Below, piece by piece: positions 51,901 to 62,178 of a stretch of 64,000 nucleotides of DNA. The DNA lies in contig CAVRMK010000001.1 of assembly GCA_963722545.1 (NCBI GenBank), positions 94,391 through 158,390 of the forward strand, written 5' to 3'. Position numbers and translations under genes: made by a program. A model generated the notes under the pieces. The model ran no database searches, was not told the DNA's origin, and was given only the letters and a program-made list of their open reading frames with translations. Source of the stretch: an uncultured Alphaproteobacteria bacterium (GTDB lineage Bacteria; Pseudomonadota; Alphaproteobacteria; Sphingomonadales; Sphingomonadaceae). Position 1 is the stretch's first letter. Each line of letters opens with the position of its first letter.

Positions 51901-54900
51901 TATCTCCATTGCGGCCATCGCTTTGGCCGACGGCGAGACCGGCGGGTTCGCCAATGTCACCGCTTATGGAATCATCCAGCAGGCTTCGGGAACGGGGGCG
52001 GTCGCGATCGACCTCGCCAACAGCGGCGCGATAGAACTCGCGGCGCTTGCATCGGGCGTCGGCGGGGATTCGGCCAATGGCTTCGTCTTCGCGCGCGGCC
52101 TGATCCAGGCCGGGCAGGGAAGCTCGGTCGACATCGGTTTCGACAATGACGGGACCTTCGAGCTCGACGCCATAGCGCGCGCCGAGGCCGGCAACGTGGC
52201 TTATGCCGCAGCGACCATTCTCGGCGGAATCGGGCAGGCGGCGAGCGTCGGCAGCGGCTCGGCCGAGCTGGTGATCGCCAATGCGGGGACGATCGAGATC
52301 GTCGCTGACGCCGAGGCCATTGGCGGATCCTTTGCCCAGGCCTGGGCGATCGCCCGCAGCGGCGTGGCCCAGTTCGCAAGCGGCGAGAACCTGTTCGAAT
52401 CCATGACCAACGATGGCGAGATCGTCGTCGGCGCATTTGCCGATGCGGCCGCGGCGGACGTGGCCAGCGCGCTCGCCATTGCCGGCCCGGCGATGGTTCA
52501 GCTGGCGGGCGGAGCGGACGTCCATCAGTCCATGACGAACAGCGGCACCGTGACCGCGCTCGCGGTCGCGTCGGCCATCTCGAGCGGCGTGACGGTGACC
52601 GAGGACGGCGCGGAGGTGATCGACGGGCTCGCGTTCGCGACCGCAGTCGCGACCGGCATTGCGCAAAGCGCATCGGGCGCGGCCGTCACCCAGCAATTGT
52701 TCAATGACGGAACCGTCAATGTCGTCGCTCAGGCCCTTGCGAGCGCGCCTGCGGTCGAGGGACCGGATGGAACGGCCGCCGGCGGAGTGGGTCTGGCTTA
52801 TGCGCTGGCCTATGGGGTCAATCAGTTCAACCAGGCGACTGCCTCAGCGTTCAACAGCTTCGTCAACGACGGCGAGATCAACGTCCTCGCCGAAGCCAGC
52901 GCCGTCGGCACCGCCGGTTCGGCGACGGCTGCGGCGCGCGGGCTGTTCCTGGTCGGGGGTGGCGGAACGCTGCTGACCGTCGATGTCGCCAACAATGGCG
53001 TCATCGATGTCGAAGCGAGCGCCATTTCGCCGTTCCGCGCCTATGCGCTGAGCCGCGCCATCTATGTCGGGAACAATCCGGGCGATTCGGGCAACCCGGT
53101 CGACGGCGCGATCGTCAATTCGGGCACCATCAACGCGATGGCGTTCGCGTCGGGCGCGGCGACGTCGTTTGTCACCGGCACGGGCACGACCGCGACGACC
53201 ATCATCGGCGGCGGAAGCTCCGCCTTCGCGACCGGAATCGCGGTGTTCAGCGGCGCCAACAACCTGACCATCACCAACAGCGGGTCGATCAACGTCGACG
53301 CGGTTGTCGCGGACGGCGGAACCGCGATCGCGATGGGCATCGTGGCGCTGGCCAACGCGCCGACGACGACCGGGCCCGACGACGTCCTCACCATCACCAA
53401 TGACGGCGGGGACATCATCGTCCGGCAATCGACCGACGGCGGCGAGAGCTGGAGCCGAGGCCTCGCGATCAACGTTGCCGGAAACCCGGCGAACAATGTT
53501 TTCGGCGTGCCGAACAAGACCGTCGTGAACTTGCTCGGCGACGGGTACATCTACGGCAATATCGCGATCCAGGACGGCGACGAGATCCGCGTTGCCGACG
53601 GCACCACCTATTTCGACGGGATCATCAACCCGCAGTTCCTGCCCGCGGACGGCCTCGACGAGGACGATCTCGACAGCGGCCTGGCGGGCGTCGGCAGCCT
53701 GATCATCGGCGACGGCGGCAACCTCGTGCTGGCCGACCCGCGGCTGACCGGTGATCCCGACATGTACGACGGTCCGGCCTACGCGCTGGTCGATTCGCTG
53801 ACGGTGGCAAGCGACGGCACTTTGACCTTCGAGCTCCAGCCCGAGGAGGGCGGGGTCCAGCCGGTCGGAAGCTATCCGCAGGTCTTCGCCAATACCGCCA
53901 ACCTCGACGGCACGCTGGTGGCGGAGCTGACCGTTCCGGGCGGGCTGATCGCCGACAGCTACAGCTACGACAATGTCATCGACGCCGACGTCCGCGCCGG
54001 CCAGTTCGACCAGTGCCTCTTGGGCGGGGCCTATGCGAACTCGCTGCTGGTCGGGATCGAATGCAGCTACGACAACCAGGCCAATGTCGACCTCGCCATC
54101 GAACGCGTGGCGTTCAACGCGGTTTCTGGCCTCAACCAGAACGGGACGAGCGTTGGCGAGGGCCTGGAGTGCATCTACGACGTCACTCTGACGGGCGGGA
54201 TCGTGGATGTTCTGGCGGATCTGTTCCTGTTCACCAATGCGGCGAACTACAACACCGCGCTCAACATGCTGTCGGGTTCGGTCTATGCCAACTACCTGCA
54301 GTCGTTCCCGAGCCTTGGTGTCCATCACAACGACATCCTGGCCAAGGCGACCGATTGCGAGATCCCGGCATTGGCCGGCTCGGTGCTCGAGTGCCGTGCC
54401 TCCTCGCCGATCCACCTGTGGGGTCAGGCCGACTATCAGTGGCGCAAGGCCGATGGCGACATCGAGGCCGGAACCGCCAAGTCGCGCCGCGTCTCGGCGG
54501 TGGTCGGGTTGGACGTCACGGTCGGTGGCGCCGGGATCGTCGGCGGCTCGATCGGCTATGTCACCAACCACGTGAAGGACAATCAGTTCGGCGACGATGC
54601 CGATGCCGACGGCCTGCAGGTCGGTCTGTACGGGGTCTACGATCCGGGCACCTTCTACGTGAAGGCGATGACCACCTACAGCTGGTATGACGGCGATTCG
54701 GATCGCAACATCAACTTCGCCGGCCTGGCGCCGGGCGCGACCTTCGCGTCCAGCCCACAGGGCGATCCCGATGTGAGGATGTGGACTGCCGGCGTGCATG
54801 CCGGGGCGCGGTTCGCGCTGGGTGGCAATTCGGTGCTCACGCCGTACCTCAACTACGACTATGTCAACGCGAAGCTGAAGAGCTTCCAGGAAACTGGTGG

Positions 54901-55375
54901 TGGTGGTGCGGACCTGTCGGTCTACGGCGGCCGTGCGCGGCACAGCTTCCTCACCGGCGGCGTCAAGTGGGCGACGCAGATGGGTGGAGTGGTTCCGGAG
55001 GTCAACCTTGGCTACCGCTACCGCTTCGGGGATCGCAGGAGCGACTTCAACGCGGCCTTCCTCGACGATCGCGACTGCGACTTCGACATCATCTCGGCAG
55101 CGCAGAAGCGGGGCACCTTCCTCGCCGGCCTCTCGGTCGGTGGCAAGATGGGCCCGGTGGACCTGAGGATCGGCTACGAGGGCGAGTTCAACAGCGACGT
55201 CACCAGCCACGCGGGCAACTTCAAGTTCGTCCTGCCGCTGGGTGGCAAGAAGGTGGCGGCGGCAGCGCCGGCACCGGTGCTGGCCCCGCCAATGCCAGCC
55301 GAAGAGGTTGCTCCCGCGCCGGTCGAAGCTCCGCCGCCGCCGCCACCATCGTCGAGCGGCGAGCGCGGTCGATAA
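48940..55375 (+). CDS. Giant Ala/Gly-rich repeat autotransporter, ~2,140 codons (apparent +1 frameshift near 49700)
   Basis: Signal peptide ending ALA; ~28 N-x-G-x-I-anchored repeats; ALNMLSG linker helix and C-terminal beta-barrel; extra Pro-rich tail ending SSGERGR. Confidence 0.88.
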
Positions 55376-55381
55376 TCAGGG

Positions 55382-55413
55382 GAGGGGCGGGTCCCACTGG
55401 ATCCGCCCTTTCT
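55382..55413 (+). terminator. Rho-independent terminator
   Basis: GC stem (GGGCGGGTCC / GGATCCGCCC) followed by TTTCT. Confidence 0.65.
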
Positions 55414-55426
55414 CTTACGAACTCAG

Positions 55427-56464
55427 TTAGGCGAACCGTTCCCAGCGCAGGTCGGTGAAGCAGGGCCCCTCAGTGGCTTCGGCGAAGCCGATTCCGTTAT
55501 GGTAGCCGTTCCACTCCAGGATCTGGACCTGTTCGTCGCGGTCGACGGTGACGTCCCAGCCGACCGCGCCGACGAACGGAATCCGCCGGTGATGGGCAAC
55601 CACGGTCCGAAGGCAGTTGTCGAAGGCCGGGATGGTCTTGCCCGCGAAAGGTTCACCGCTGGTCGGGTGGGCGGTGCATTCGAGCCAGTTCGCCAGCCGT
55701 CCCGTTTCCCGAAGCGCGCCGGTGGCGATGTCCAGCGGCACGCGCAATCGGGATTGGCTGTGGACATGCGTGTCCGCGCCTTTTGCCATGCACAGATATG
55801 CGGCCCTGGCGGTGATTTCGCCGCTGACCTCGACCACCGTCGTGATCCTGATCGCAGCGACCGCTTTGTCGGTGAATCGATCGAATAGCGGATGATGCGA
55901 CACGCAACGCTGGAAGACGCCGCCGCCCAGGCGATCGACGGCCGCCCGATCGAACGATTGGGCATCGAAGAACTGGATGCCCTTGCCGCGCCCTGACGAG
56001 TCGGGCTTGAAGACCACGCGCTCGTTGCCGTCGAAGAATTGCGCATGCGCCTCTTCAAAGGAGAGTGGACAATAGTCGCGGTCGAACAAAGACCCGTTGA
56101 TCCGGGACCCAATGTCGGGGAATGCGGCGCCTTTGAACAACGCTCCGGAAAGCGACTTCAGGAAGGAAATATGGCCGTGCCGACCCTGGATCGCGGGGAC
56201 CACTTTCGAGCCGTAGAAATTGTCCGGAATCCAGCCTTCCCTGAAGCCGCCCGAAATGGCCGAATAGACCAGCAGCCAGGGCGCATATTTCTTGTCATGG
56301 AATATGTCCGCCGAATATTCCTCGCAGCGCCGGATGTCCGGTCGGCGGAGGGCGGTTCCGGCGGCCTTGAGATCGCGGAGGATCTGCATCGCCTCCGCCG
56401 CATGTCGGGCATGATAGTCACGATCGCGCCGTTCGAGCGCCGCCTTGGCATTTTCGTCCTGCAT
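55427..56464 (-). CDS. Sugar-transfer-associated ATP-grasp protein
   Basis: VFKPDSSGRGKGI, IRITT and VGWDV...ILEWN motifs. Confidence 0.75.
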   Translation of the reverse strand: MQDENAKAALERRDRDYHARHAAEAMQILRDLKAAGTALRRPDIRRCEEYSADIFHDKKYAPWLLVYSAISGGFREGWIPDNFYGSKVVPAIQGRHGHISFLKSLSGALFKGAAFPDIGSRINGSLFDRDYCPLSFEEAHAQFFDGNERVVFKPDSSGRGKGIQFFDAQSFDRAAVDRLGGGVFQRCVSHHPLFDRFTDKAVAAIRITTVVEVSGEITARAAYLCMAKGADTHVHSQSRLRVPLDIATGALRETGRLANWLECTAHPTSGEPFAGKTIPAFDNCLRTVVAHHRRIPFVGAVGWDVTVDRDEQVQILEWNGYHNGIGFAEATEGPCFTDLRWERFA

Positions 56465-56468
56465 CGCC

Positions 56469-57140
56469 TCAGCCAAACCCCGGAATGGCGAGCTTGCGCT
56501 CCAGCCGCCGGGCGACGAGGACGATGATCGAAACCAGCAGCAGATACACCAGCGCGGTGAACGCATAGGTCTTGAAGAACAGGAAGGTGCGCGACGCGAC
56601 TTCCTGCATCTGCGCGAAAAACTCGATGTACTGGATCAGGAACACGATCGAGCTGTCCTTGAGGTTCTGGATCGCCTGGTTGGTCAGCGACGGGACCGAC
56701 ATGCGGAGCGATTGCGGCGCGGTGATCAGCCGAAACACCTGGAAAGGGGAAAAACCCTGCGCGCGGGCGGACTGCAGCTCGGCCTGGTCGAGACCCTTGT
56801 AGGCAATGGTCAGGTAGCGTGCGTTATAAGCCGACACGTTGAGCGTGAAGCCGAGCACCGCGATCACGAATGGCGACAGCGTGATGCCGAGGTTGGGCAG
56901 ACCGTAATAAAGCAGGAACAGGAAGACGATCAGCGGCGTGCCGATGAACAGGGAAATATAGCTCTGGGTGGCGAAGCGGACGAGCCGGTTCGGGTTCAGC
57001 GACAGTCCGAAGATCCCGACCCCGCCGATCAGGCCCGTCGCGGTGACCGTGACCGACAGCAGGATCGTGTTGCGCAGGCCGCGCAGGATCTGCGGCCAGT
57101 AGCTGACCAGATCGGCGAAAAAGGGGAAGTTCTCGAGCAC
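56469..57140 (-). CDS. Polar amino acid ABC transporter permease
   Basis: FIGTPLIV, SAYNA, EAA-like loop, NLKDSS. Confidence 0.9.
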   Translation of the reverse strand: MLENFPFFADLVSYWPQILRGLRNTILLSVTVTATGLIGGVGIFGLSLNPNRLVRFATQSYISLFIGTPLIVFLFLLYYGLPNLGITLSPFVIAVLGFTLNVSAYNARYLTIAYKGLDQAELQSARAQGFSPFQVFRLITAPQSLRMSVPSLTNQAIQNLKDSSIVFLIQYIEFFAQMQEVASRTFLFFKTYAFTALVYLLLVSIIVLVARRLERKLAIPGFG

Positions 57141-57141
57141 C

Positions 57142-57870
57142 CTAGCCTTCGCCGCCGAAGAAATCCTCGATCACCGGGTCGGATTCGCGCGCGAGCAGAT
57201 CCTCGATCCGGTCCTCGGCGTAGACCTTGCCGCGATCGAGAAACACCACGCGATCGGAGACGTACCGCGCCAGGCAGAGGTCATGCGTGACGCAGAGGAT
57301 CGTGACATTGTCGAGGTAGAGGCGGTTGATCAGGGTCACGACCTCGCGGACCATGATCGGGTCGAGCGCCGAGGTCGGCTCGTCGAAGAACAGCACCTTG
57401 GGATCCATCGCCAGGGCGCGCGCGATCGCGACCCGCTGGCTCTGGCCGCCCGAGAGCGCGGCAGGAAAAGCATCGCGCTTGCCGGCCATGTCCATTCGGT
57501 CGAGCTCGTGCAGCGCGCGCTCTTCCGCTTCCTTCTTCGGGATCTTCTTCAACCGGGTGAGGGCGAGGGTGACGTTGTCGAGCACCGACATGTGGCGGTA
57601 GAGCGCGAAATTCTGGAACACGAAGCCGATCCGGCTGCGCAGCGCGCGGACGTCGACTCCAGGACGGGTGACGTCCTCCCCGTCGAAGATGATCTCGCCC
57701 GAGGTCGGCTCGATCAGCCGGTTGAGGCACCTGAGCATGGTCGACTTGCCGCACCCCGACGGCCCCATGACGACCTTGGCCTCGCCCTCCTCGAGGGTGA
57801 AGCTGACGCCGTCGAGCACGTTGCGGTCCCCATAGGTTTTGACGAGGTTCCTGACTTCGAGAAGGGCCAT
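57142..57870 (-). CDS. Polar amino acid ABC transporter ATP-binding protein
   Basis: GPSGCGKST, LSGGQSQR and FDEPTSALDP motifs. Confidence 0.95.
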   Translation of the reverse strand: MALLEVRNLVKTYGDRNVLDGVSFTLEEGEAKVVMGPSGCGKSTMLRCLNRLIEPTSGEIIFDGEDVTRPGVDVRALRSRIGFVFQNFALYRHMSVLDNVTLALTRLKKIPKKEAEERALHELDRMDMAGKRDAFPAALSGGQSQRVAIARALAMDPKVLFFDEPTSALDPIMVREVVTLINRLYLDNVTILCVTHDLCLARYVSDRVVFLDRGKVYAEDRIEDLLARESDPVIEDFFGGEG

Positions 57871-57879
57871 GTCTTGGTC

Positions 57880-58533
57880 TTACTCCTGCGCGAAGCCGGG
57901 GACGCTGTAATGCCGCTCGATCAAGCGGACGACGACCAGCATCATGCGGTAGATGGCGAAGTAGAGCAGGCCGAGCGCGACATAGATTTCGATGCCGCGC
58001 ATGGTGGTGCCGACCAGCGCCATCGCCTGCTTGGTGATCTCGGGAACTCCGACCGTGTAGGCGAAGGGCGAGAATTTGATCACCGTCGTCAATTCGTTGA
58101 CCATTCCCGGGACCGAGAAGCGCATCATTTGCGGCAGCTTGATCAGCCGGAGCGTCTGGAACCGAGTGAAGCCCATCGATTGCGCCGCGAGAACCTCGTT
58201 CGGGTTGACCGTCGCCAGCGCCCCGCGGAAAATTTCCGACAGATAGGCGCCGGCGATCAGCCCGAGGCTCATCATCATCGCGACGAGCGGCGGCACATCG
58301 ATGCCGATCCCCGGCAGCCCGAAGAAGACGAGGAACAGCAGGACCAGCATGGGGATGCCGCGAAGCACGTAGACGATCGTCGACAGCACCCCCGACAGCC
58401 ACGCGCCGCCCATCTCCCGCGCGATGGCGATGCCGAGGCCGACCACCAGGCCGGTCGCCGCGCACGCCAGGGTGACGATGAGCGTGTAGCCGGCGCCGTC
58501 GAGCAGCGTCAGCAGGATGTCGAAGAACGTCAC
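57880..58533 (-). CDS. Polar amino acid ABC transporter permease
   Basis: LRGIPMLV and AYLSEIFRG motifs. Confidence 0.9.
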   Translation of the reverse strand: MTFFDILLTLLDGAGYTLIVTLACAATGLVVGLGIAIAREMGGAWLSGVLSTIVYVLRGIPMLVLLFLVFFGLPGIGIDVPPLVAMMMSLGLIAGAYLSEIFRGALATVNPNEVLAAQSMGFTRFQTLRLIKLPQMMRFSVPGMVNELTTVIKFSPFAYTVGVPEITKQAMALVGTTMRGIEIYVALGLLYFAIYRMMLVVVRLIERHYSVPGFAQE

Positions 58534-58550
58534 GCCACTCTATCCGGCGC

Positions 58551-59309
58551 TTATTTCATCCACTTGTCGATGATCGCCTGCTTCCCCTCCGGACCCAGCT
58601 CGTCGAGATATTTGTCGAAGTCCGCGCGCAACGCGGACCCCTTGGGGAATGCGAAGCCGAAGCGGTCGAATCCGGTGAACACATAGCTGTCCTGGATCGG
58701 CAGCTTCTTGGCGTAGACCGAGGCCACCGTGCCATCGAGGAAGGCGAGGTCGATCTGGCCGTTCTGGAGGTCGGTCAGGACCTCGTTATAGCTCGGGTAG
58801 AGCTTGACCTGGTCGGTCTTGTAGATGCCCTTGGGCTCGAGATCGGTCTTGATGAAATCCATGTACGCCATGCCGCGCGGGAAGCCGATCGTGTAGTTCT
58901 TGAGCGTATCGAGATTGGTGATCTTGATGTTGCGGTCCTTGAGGCTGACCAAATTCCACGTGTTGTCCATGTAGGGCTTGGAGAAATCCATGACCTTCTG
59001 GCGCGGCTCGGTGATCGAGATGCCGGAGAAAGCGACGTCGGCTTTCTTGCTGACAATCGCGCCGAGCATGCCCTGCCAGTCGTAAGCGGTGATGTTCATG
59101 GTGCAGCCGCGGGCTTTGCAATAGCCCTCGAACAGATCGTAATCGAGGCCCTTGGTCTGGCCCGCTTCCTCGAACAGATTGGGCGGCGAAGCCGGGCTGA
59201 CGGCGACGTTGATGACCTTCGCCGCACCCTCCTCTGTCTTGCCGCAACCGCCGACGGCGAGAAGGGCGAACCCGAGCGCGAACGAAACGAGCAGTTTACG
59301 GCGTTCCAT
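58551..59309 (-). CDS. Amino acid ABC transporter substrate-binding lipoprotein
   Basis: Lipobox VGGC; GLDYDL and ISITEPR...DFSKPY motifs (SBP family 3). Confidence 0.92.
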   Translation of the reverse strand: MERRKLLVSFALGFALLAVGGCGKTEEGAAKVINVAVSPASPPNLFEEAGQTKGLDYDLFEGYCKARGCTMNITAYDWQGMLGAIVSKKADVAFSGISITEPRQKVMDFSKPYMDNTWNLVSLKDRNIKITNLDTLKNYTIGFPRGMAYMDFIKTDLEPKGIYKTDQVKLYPSYNEVLTDLQNGQIDLAFLDGTVASVYAKKLPIQDSYVFTGFDRFGFAFPKGSALRADFDKYLDELGPEGKQAIIDKWMK

Positions 59310-59640
59310 GTTCAGTCCCCCTGCTGGAAATATATGGCGGTGTGAATGGGAAGAAATCGTCGAGGCCGGCCTGGTCGAGCGCATCGCGAACGAGCTCGCT
59401 GCCACCGATGAAATCGAGCTGCTTCTGAGCGCCTTTGAGCGAGCGAGCGAGCCGAAGGATGGCGCGAATGCCGCCGAAATTGACGAATTCGAGCTGGTCG
59501 AGATCAATCGTGACGGCGTTGGTGCCGGCGCCGATCCGTTTCAGAATGGCTTTGGCAAAGTCGTCCCCGTCGGTCGCTTCCATGCGACCTTTGGGCCTAG
59601 CGACCAAGCGCTGTCCCTCTTCGAGAAACTCGACCTGCAT
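59296..59640 (-). CDS. STAS-domain (anti-sigma factor antagonist-like) protein
   Basis: PKGRME...IDLDQLEFVNFGGIRAIL...AGL; overlaps the binding-protein gene start. Confidence 0.8.
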   Translation of the reverse strand: MQVEFLEEGQRLVARPKGRMEATDGDDFAKAILKRIGAGTNAVTIDLDQLEFVNFGGIRAILRLARSLKGAQKQLDFIGGSELVRDALDQAGLDDFFPFTPPYISSRGTEHGTP

Positions 59641-59757
59641 AACGTGATTCCCCCCACGTTGCGGCCTTCATGCAGCATTGCTTGGCCGGAGGCGAGTGCA
59701 AAGACGGATTACGCTCTTGGCCCTGTTCGTTGCGGATGAGTTGAGCGGGAGCGCCCG

Positions 59758-61014
59758 TTATTGCTTCCCGGCCGAATCTGCGGGCGGGGCCGACGCGGCG
59801 CCGTAAAGCACCCCGATCGCCGCTTTGGCGAGCTCGGCCGCGGCATTGGCGCCGCGCGTCGGCTCGGCGGACAGGTTCGCGCCGATGATGAGCGTCGTCT
59901 GGGTCTTGGGATCATGACCCATGAAGCTCGAAAAGCCGGGCAGTTGTCCGTCATGGCCATACATTGGCCCAAACTGCGCAATCCCGAGTCCATAGCCGGC
60001 GCCGGACGTGATCGGGCGGATGGAATCCATGCGAATCTTCTGCATCTTGGGGTCGAGCAGGCCGCCGCCGACGAGCGCCTTCACATAGGTCGCCAATTCC
60101 CCGGCAGTCGACGTCCCGCCGCCGGCGGTCCACGCCCAGGACGGGCTGGAGTCGGTAAATTTTAGCGGCTTGAATGTCCCGTCGAGCGCCGCCGCCAGCT
60201 TGTTCTTGGGCACGGCGTAGCTATCGATGGTCTCGGCGTTGGTGAGAAACTGATATCCCTGCGGGTGCGGGTCGGGCAGCGCCCATTCAGCCGGCAGTGG
60301 AAGCGACGTTTGCTTCAGGCCCAGAGGCTCGAAAATGCGCTTGGCGAAGGCGTCCGACGCCGACATGCCGGTCACTTTCTCGATAATCAGGCCGAGCAGC
60401 ACGGTGTTGGTGTTGCAATATTCGAATTCGGTATCGGGCGCCGCGTTCACTGGGTGGGAGAAGGCGATGCGGAGGAGTTCCGCGGGAGTCCACGCCTTCT
60501 TCGGCTCCTGGTCCAGAGTCCGGTTGAACTTCGCGTCGGACGTGTAGCTGTACAGGCCGCTGCGCATCTCGGCCAGGTTGGCGATCGTGATCTTGTCGCC
60601 ATTGGGAACGCCCGAGACATATTTCGAGACGGGGTCAGTGAGCTTCAGCTTCCCTTCCTGCGCCAGTTGCAGAATCACGGTCCCGGTCATCGTCTTGGTG
60701 TTGCTGCCGATCCGGAAATGATCGTTCAGCGACCAGGGCTTGTTAGTGCCGATCTCGGCAGTGCCGAGCACCGTCGCCCAATCCCCCTTCGGCGACCGCA
60801 CCAGGATGACGAGCCCGGGGACGGCGTTGTCCTTCATCGCCTGCGTCATCGCGCGCATCATCGCCGCGACGTATGCGGGCTCGTCGCCCGCCCGCTCAGC
60901 CGAAGAGTTCGTCGATGGCGACGAGGAGTCCTGCGAAGGACCGCATGCGGCGAGCATGAGGAAAACCGAACCGGCCATCACGGACATTCCGGCAAACTTG
61001 CTCGCTAATCGCAT
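59758..61014 (-). CDS. Serine hydrolase (beta-lactamase/DD-peptidase family) lipoprotein
   Basis: Lipobox LAAC; FRIGSNTK (SxxK), YCN and HDG motifs. Confidence 0.9.
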   Translation of the reverse strand: MRLASKFAGMSVMAGSVFLMLAACGPSQDSSSPSTNSSAERAGDEPAYVAAMMRAMTQAMKDNAVPGLVILVRSPKGDWATVLGTAEIGTNKPWSLNDHFRIGSNTKTMTGTVILQLAQEGKLKLTDPVSKYVSGVPNGDKITIANLAEMRSGLYSYTSDAKFNRTLDQEPKKAWTPAELLRIAFSHPVNAAPDTEFEYCNTNTVLLGLIIEKVTGMSASDAFAKRIFEPLGLKQTSLPLPAEWALPDPHPQGYQFLTNAETIDSYAVPKNKLAAALDGTFKPLKFTDSSPSWAWTAGGGTSTAGELATYVKALVGGGLLDPKMQKIRMDSIRPITSGAGYGLGIAQFGPMYGHDGQLPGFSSFMGHDPKTQTTLIIGANLSAEPTRGANAAAELAKAAIGVLYGAASAPPADSAGKQ

Positions 61015-61110
61015 GAGAGCCCCCCCAGGTTGTAGCTCGACGCCCGACTCCTCGATCGGTCGCATCACGATAAAGCGACTAGTGCTGTCATTTCCAGCCA
61101 TTGCGTACTG

Positions 61111-61641
61111 TTACGTGAGCGGGAACGTCTCCACCGCTTCATAATGCGCACCGTGGCGGGAGAGGCGGCTTTCGTAGAGGATGAAGTTGTCGACCCTGAA
61201 CGGCTCGGAAGAGAGGGCCCGGCCGTCGAGGAACGCGCGGACTTCCCGGCTGCGCGGGCCGCGCCAGCGGGCGAGGGTGATGTGGGAGTGGAAGGCGCGG
61301 CGCTCGGCGGCGAGGCCGACGGCCTGGCAAATGCGCTCGATTCGCGCATTGAGGGCGCGCACGGGCTTGGTCGGCTCGATACCGGCCCACAGCACGCCGC
61401 CGCTGCGGCGGTCGAACGAGCCAAGACCGGCGAGGCGCAGCTCGAACGACTGCGCTCGGACGGTCGCCAGCGCGACGGCGAGGTCGTTGGCCAGCGGCCT
61501 CTCGACCTCGCCGATGAAGCGCAAAGTGAGGTGGAGCTGGTCGTCGCTCTGCCAGCGGAAGTCGGCGCCGTCGTCCATCACGTCGATCAACAGGTCGCGA
61601 ATGTCCTCGGGCGGGCGGATGGCGACGAAGAGCCGGTGCAT
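61111..61641 (-). CDS. thpR: RNA 2',3'-cyclic phosphodiesterase
   Basis: MHRLFVAI, LHLTLRFIG, HITLAR and YES motifs. Confidence 0.93.
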   Translation of the reverse strand: MHRLFVAIRPPEDIRDLLIDVMDDGADFRWQSDDQLHLTLRFIGEVERPLANDLAVALATVRAQSFELRLAGLGSFDRRSGGVLWAGIEPTKPVRALNARIERICQAVGLAAERRAFHSHITLARWRGPRSREVRAFLDGRALSSEPFRVDNFILYESRLSRHGAHYEAVETFPLT

Positions 61642-61643
61642 CG

Positions 61644-62093
61644 TCAGCCCGAGCGCTCGAGCGCCGCGATCCAACGGCGCGCAACCGGCGCCAAGTCGCA
61701 AGGGAGATTGTCGCGGTCGGCCTCGATCACTTGCTCGATCTCCCACGACCAGCGCGGCGGGGAATAGAGCACGTTCTCGACGATGATCAGCGACGGGTCG
61801 ACTTCGGCTAGCGCGCGGACTGCGCCGTGGCCGGTCATCCCGACCTCCTCGCGGAGCTCGCGCAAGGCGACGTCATGAAGCCGTTCCCCTTCCGCGCGGC
61901 CGCCGCCCGGGAGCCGCCAGCCGGGGGCGTAGCGAAGCTTGACGAGGATGATCCGCCCCTCGGTCGTGAGCGCGATCGCGTGGGCGCCCGAGCCGGTCGA
62001 GCGGGAGCGAGGGCGTAACGCGCGTCGGAGCCGGTTCGCGGCGGTGGCAATCGGCCGGATCGCGATGTCGATGAAGAGTCTCAGGCCCCGCAT
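61644..62093 (-). CDS. NUDIX hydrolase
   Basis: WRLPGGG...ALRELREEVG Nudix box. Confidence 0.85.
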   Translation of the reverse strand: MRGLRLFIDIAIRPIATAANRLRRALRPRSRSTGSGAHAIALTTEGRIILVKLRYAPGWRLPGGGRAEGERLHDVALRELREEVGMTGHGAVRALAEVDPSLIIVENVLYSPPRWSWEIEQVIEADRDNLPCDLAPVARRWIAALERSG

Positions 62094-62178
62094 ACGTCAC
62101 AGGACCGTCGAGCAGCGGGCGGGTTCCCAATTGCCCGACGCTCTCCTAAGATTGCCTGCCAGGGGGGACAATCGGCCG

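Noticed and set aside
59758-61014. Serine hydrolase as an antibiotic-resistance beta-lactamase
   Set aside because: SxxK/YxN/HxG motifs define a broad peptidase/esterase family; no class-specific evidence or mobile context
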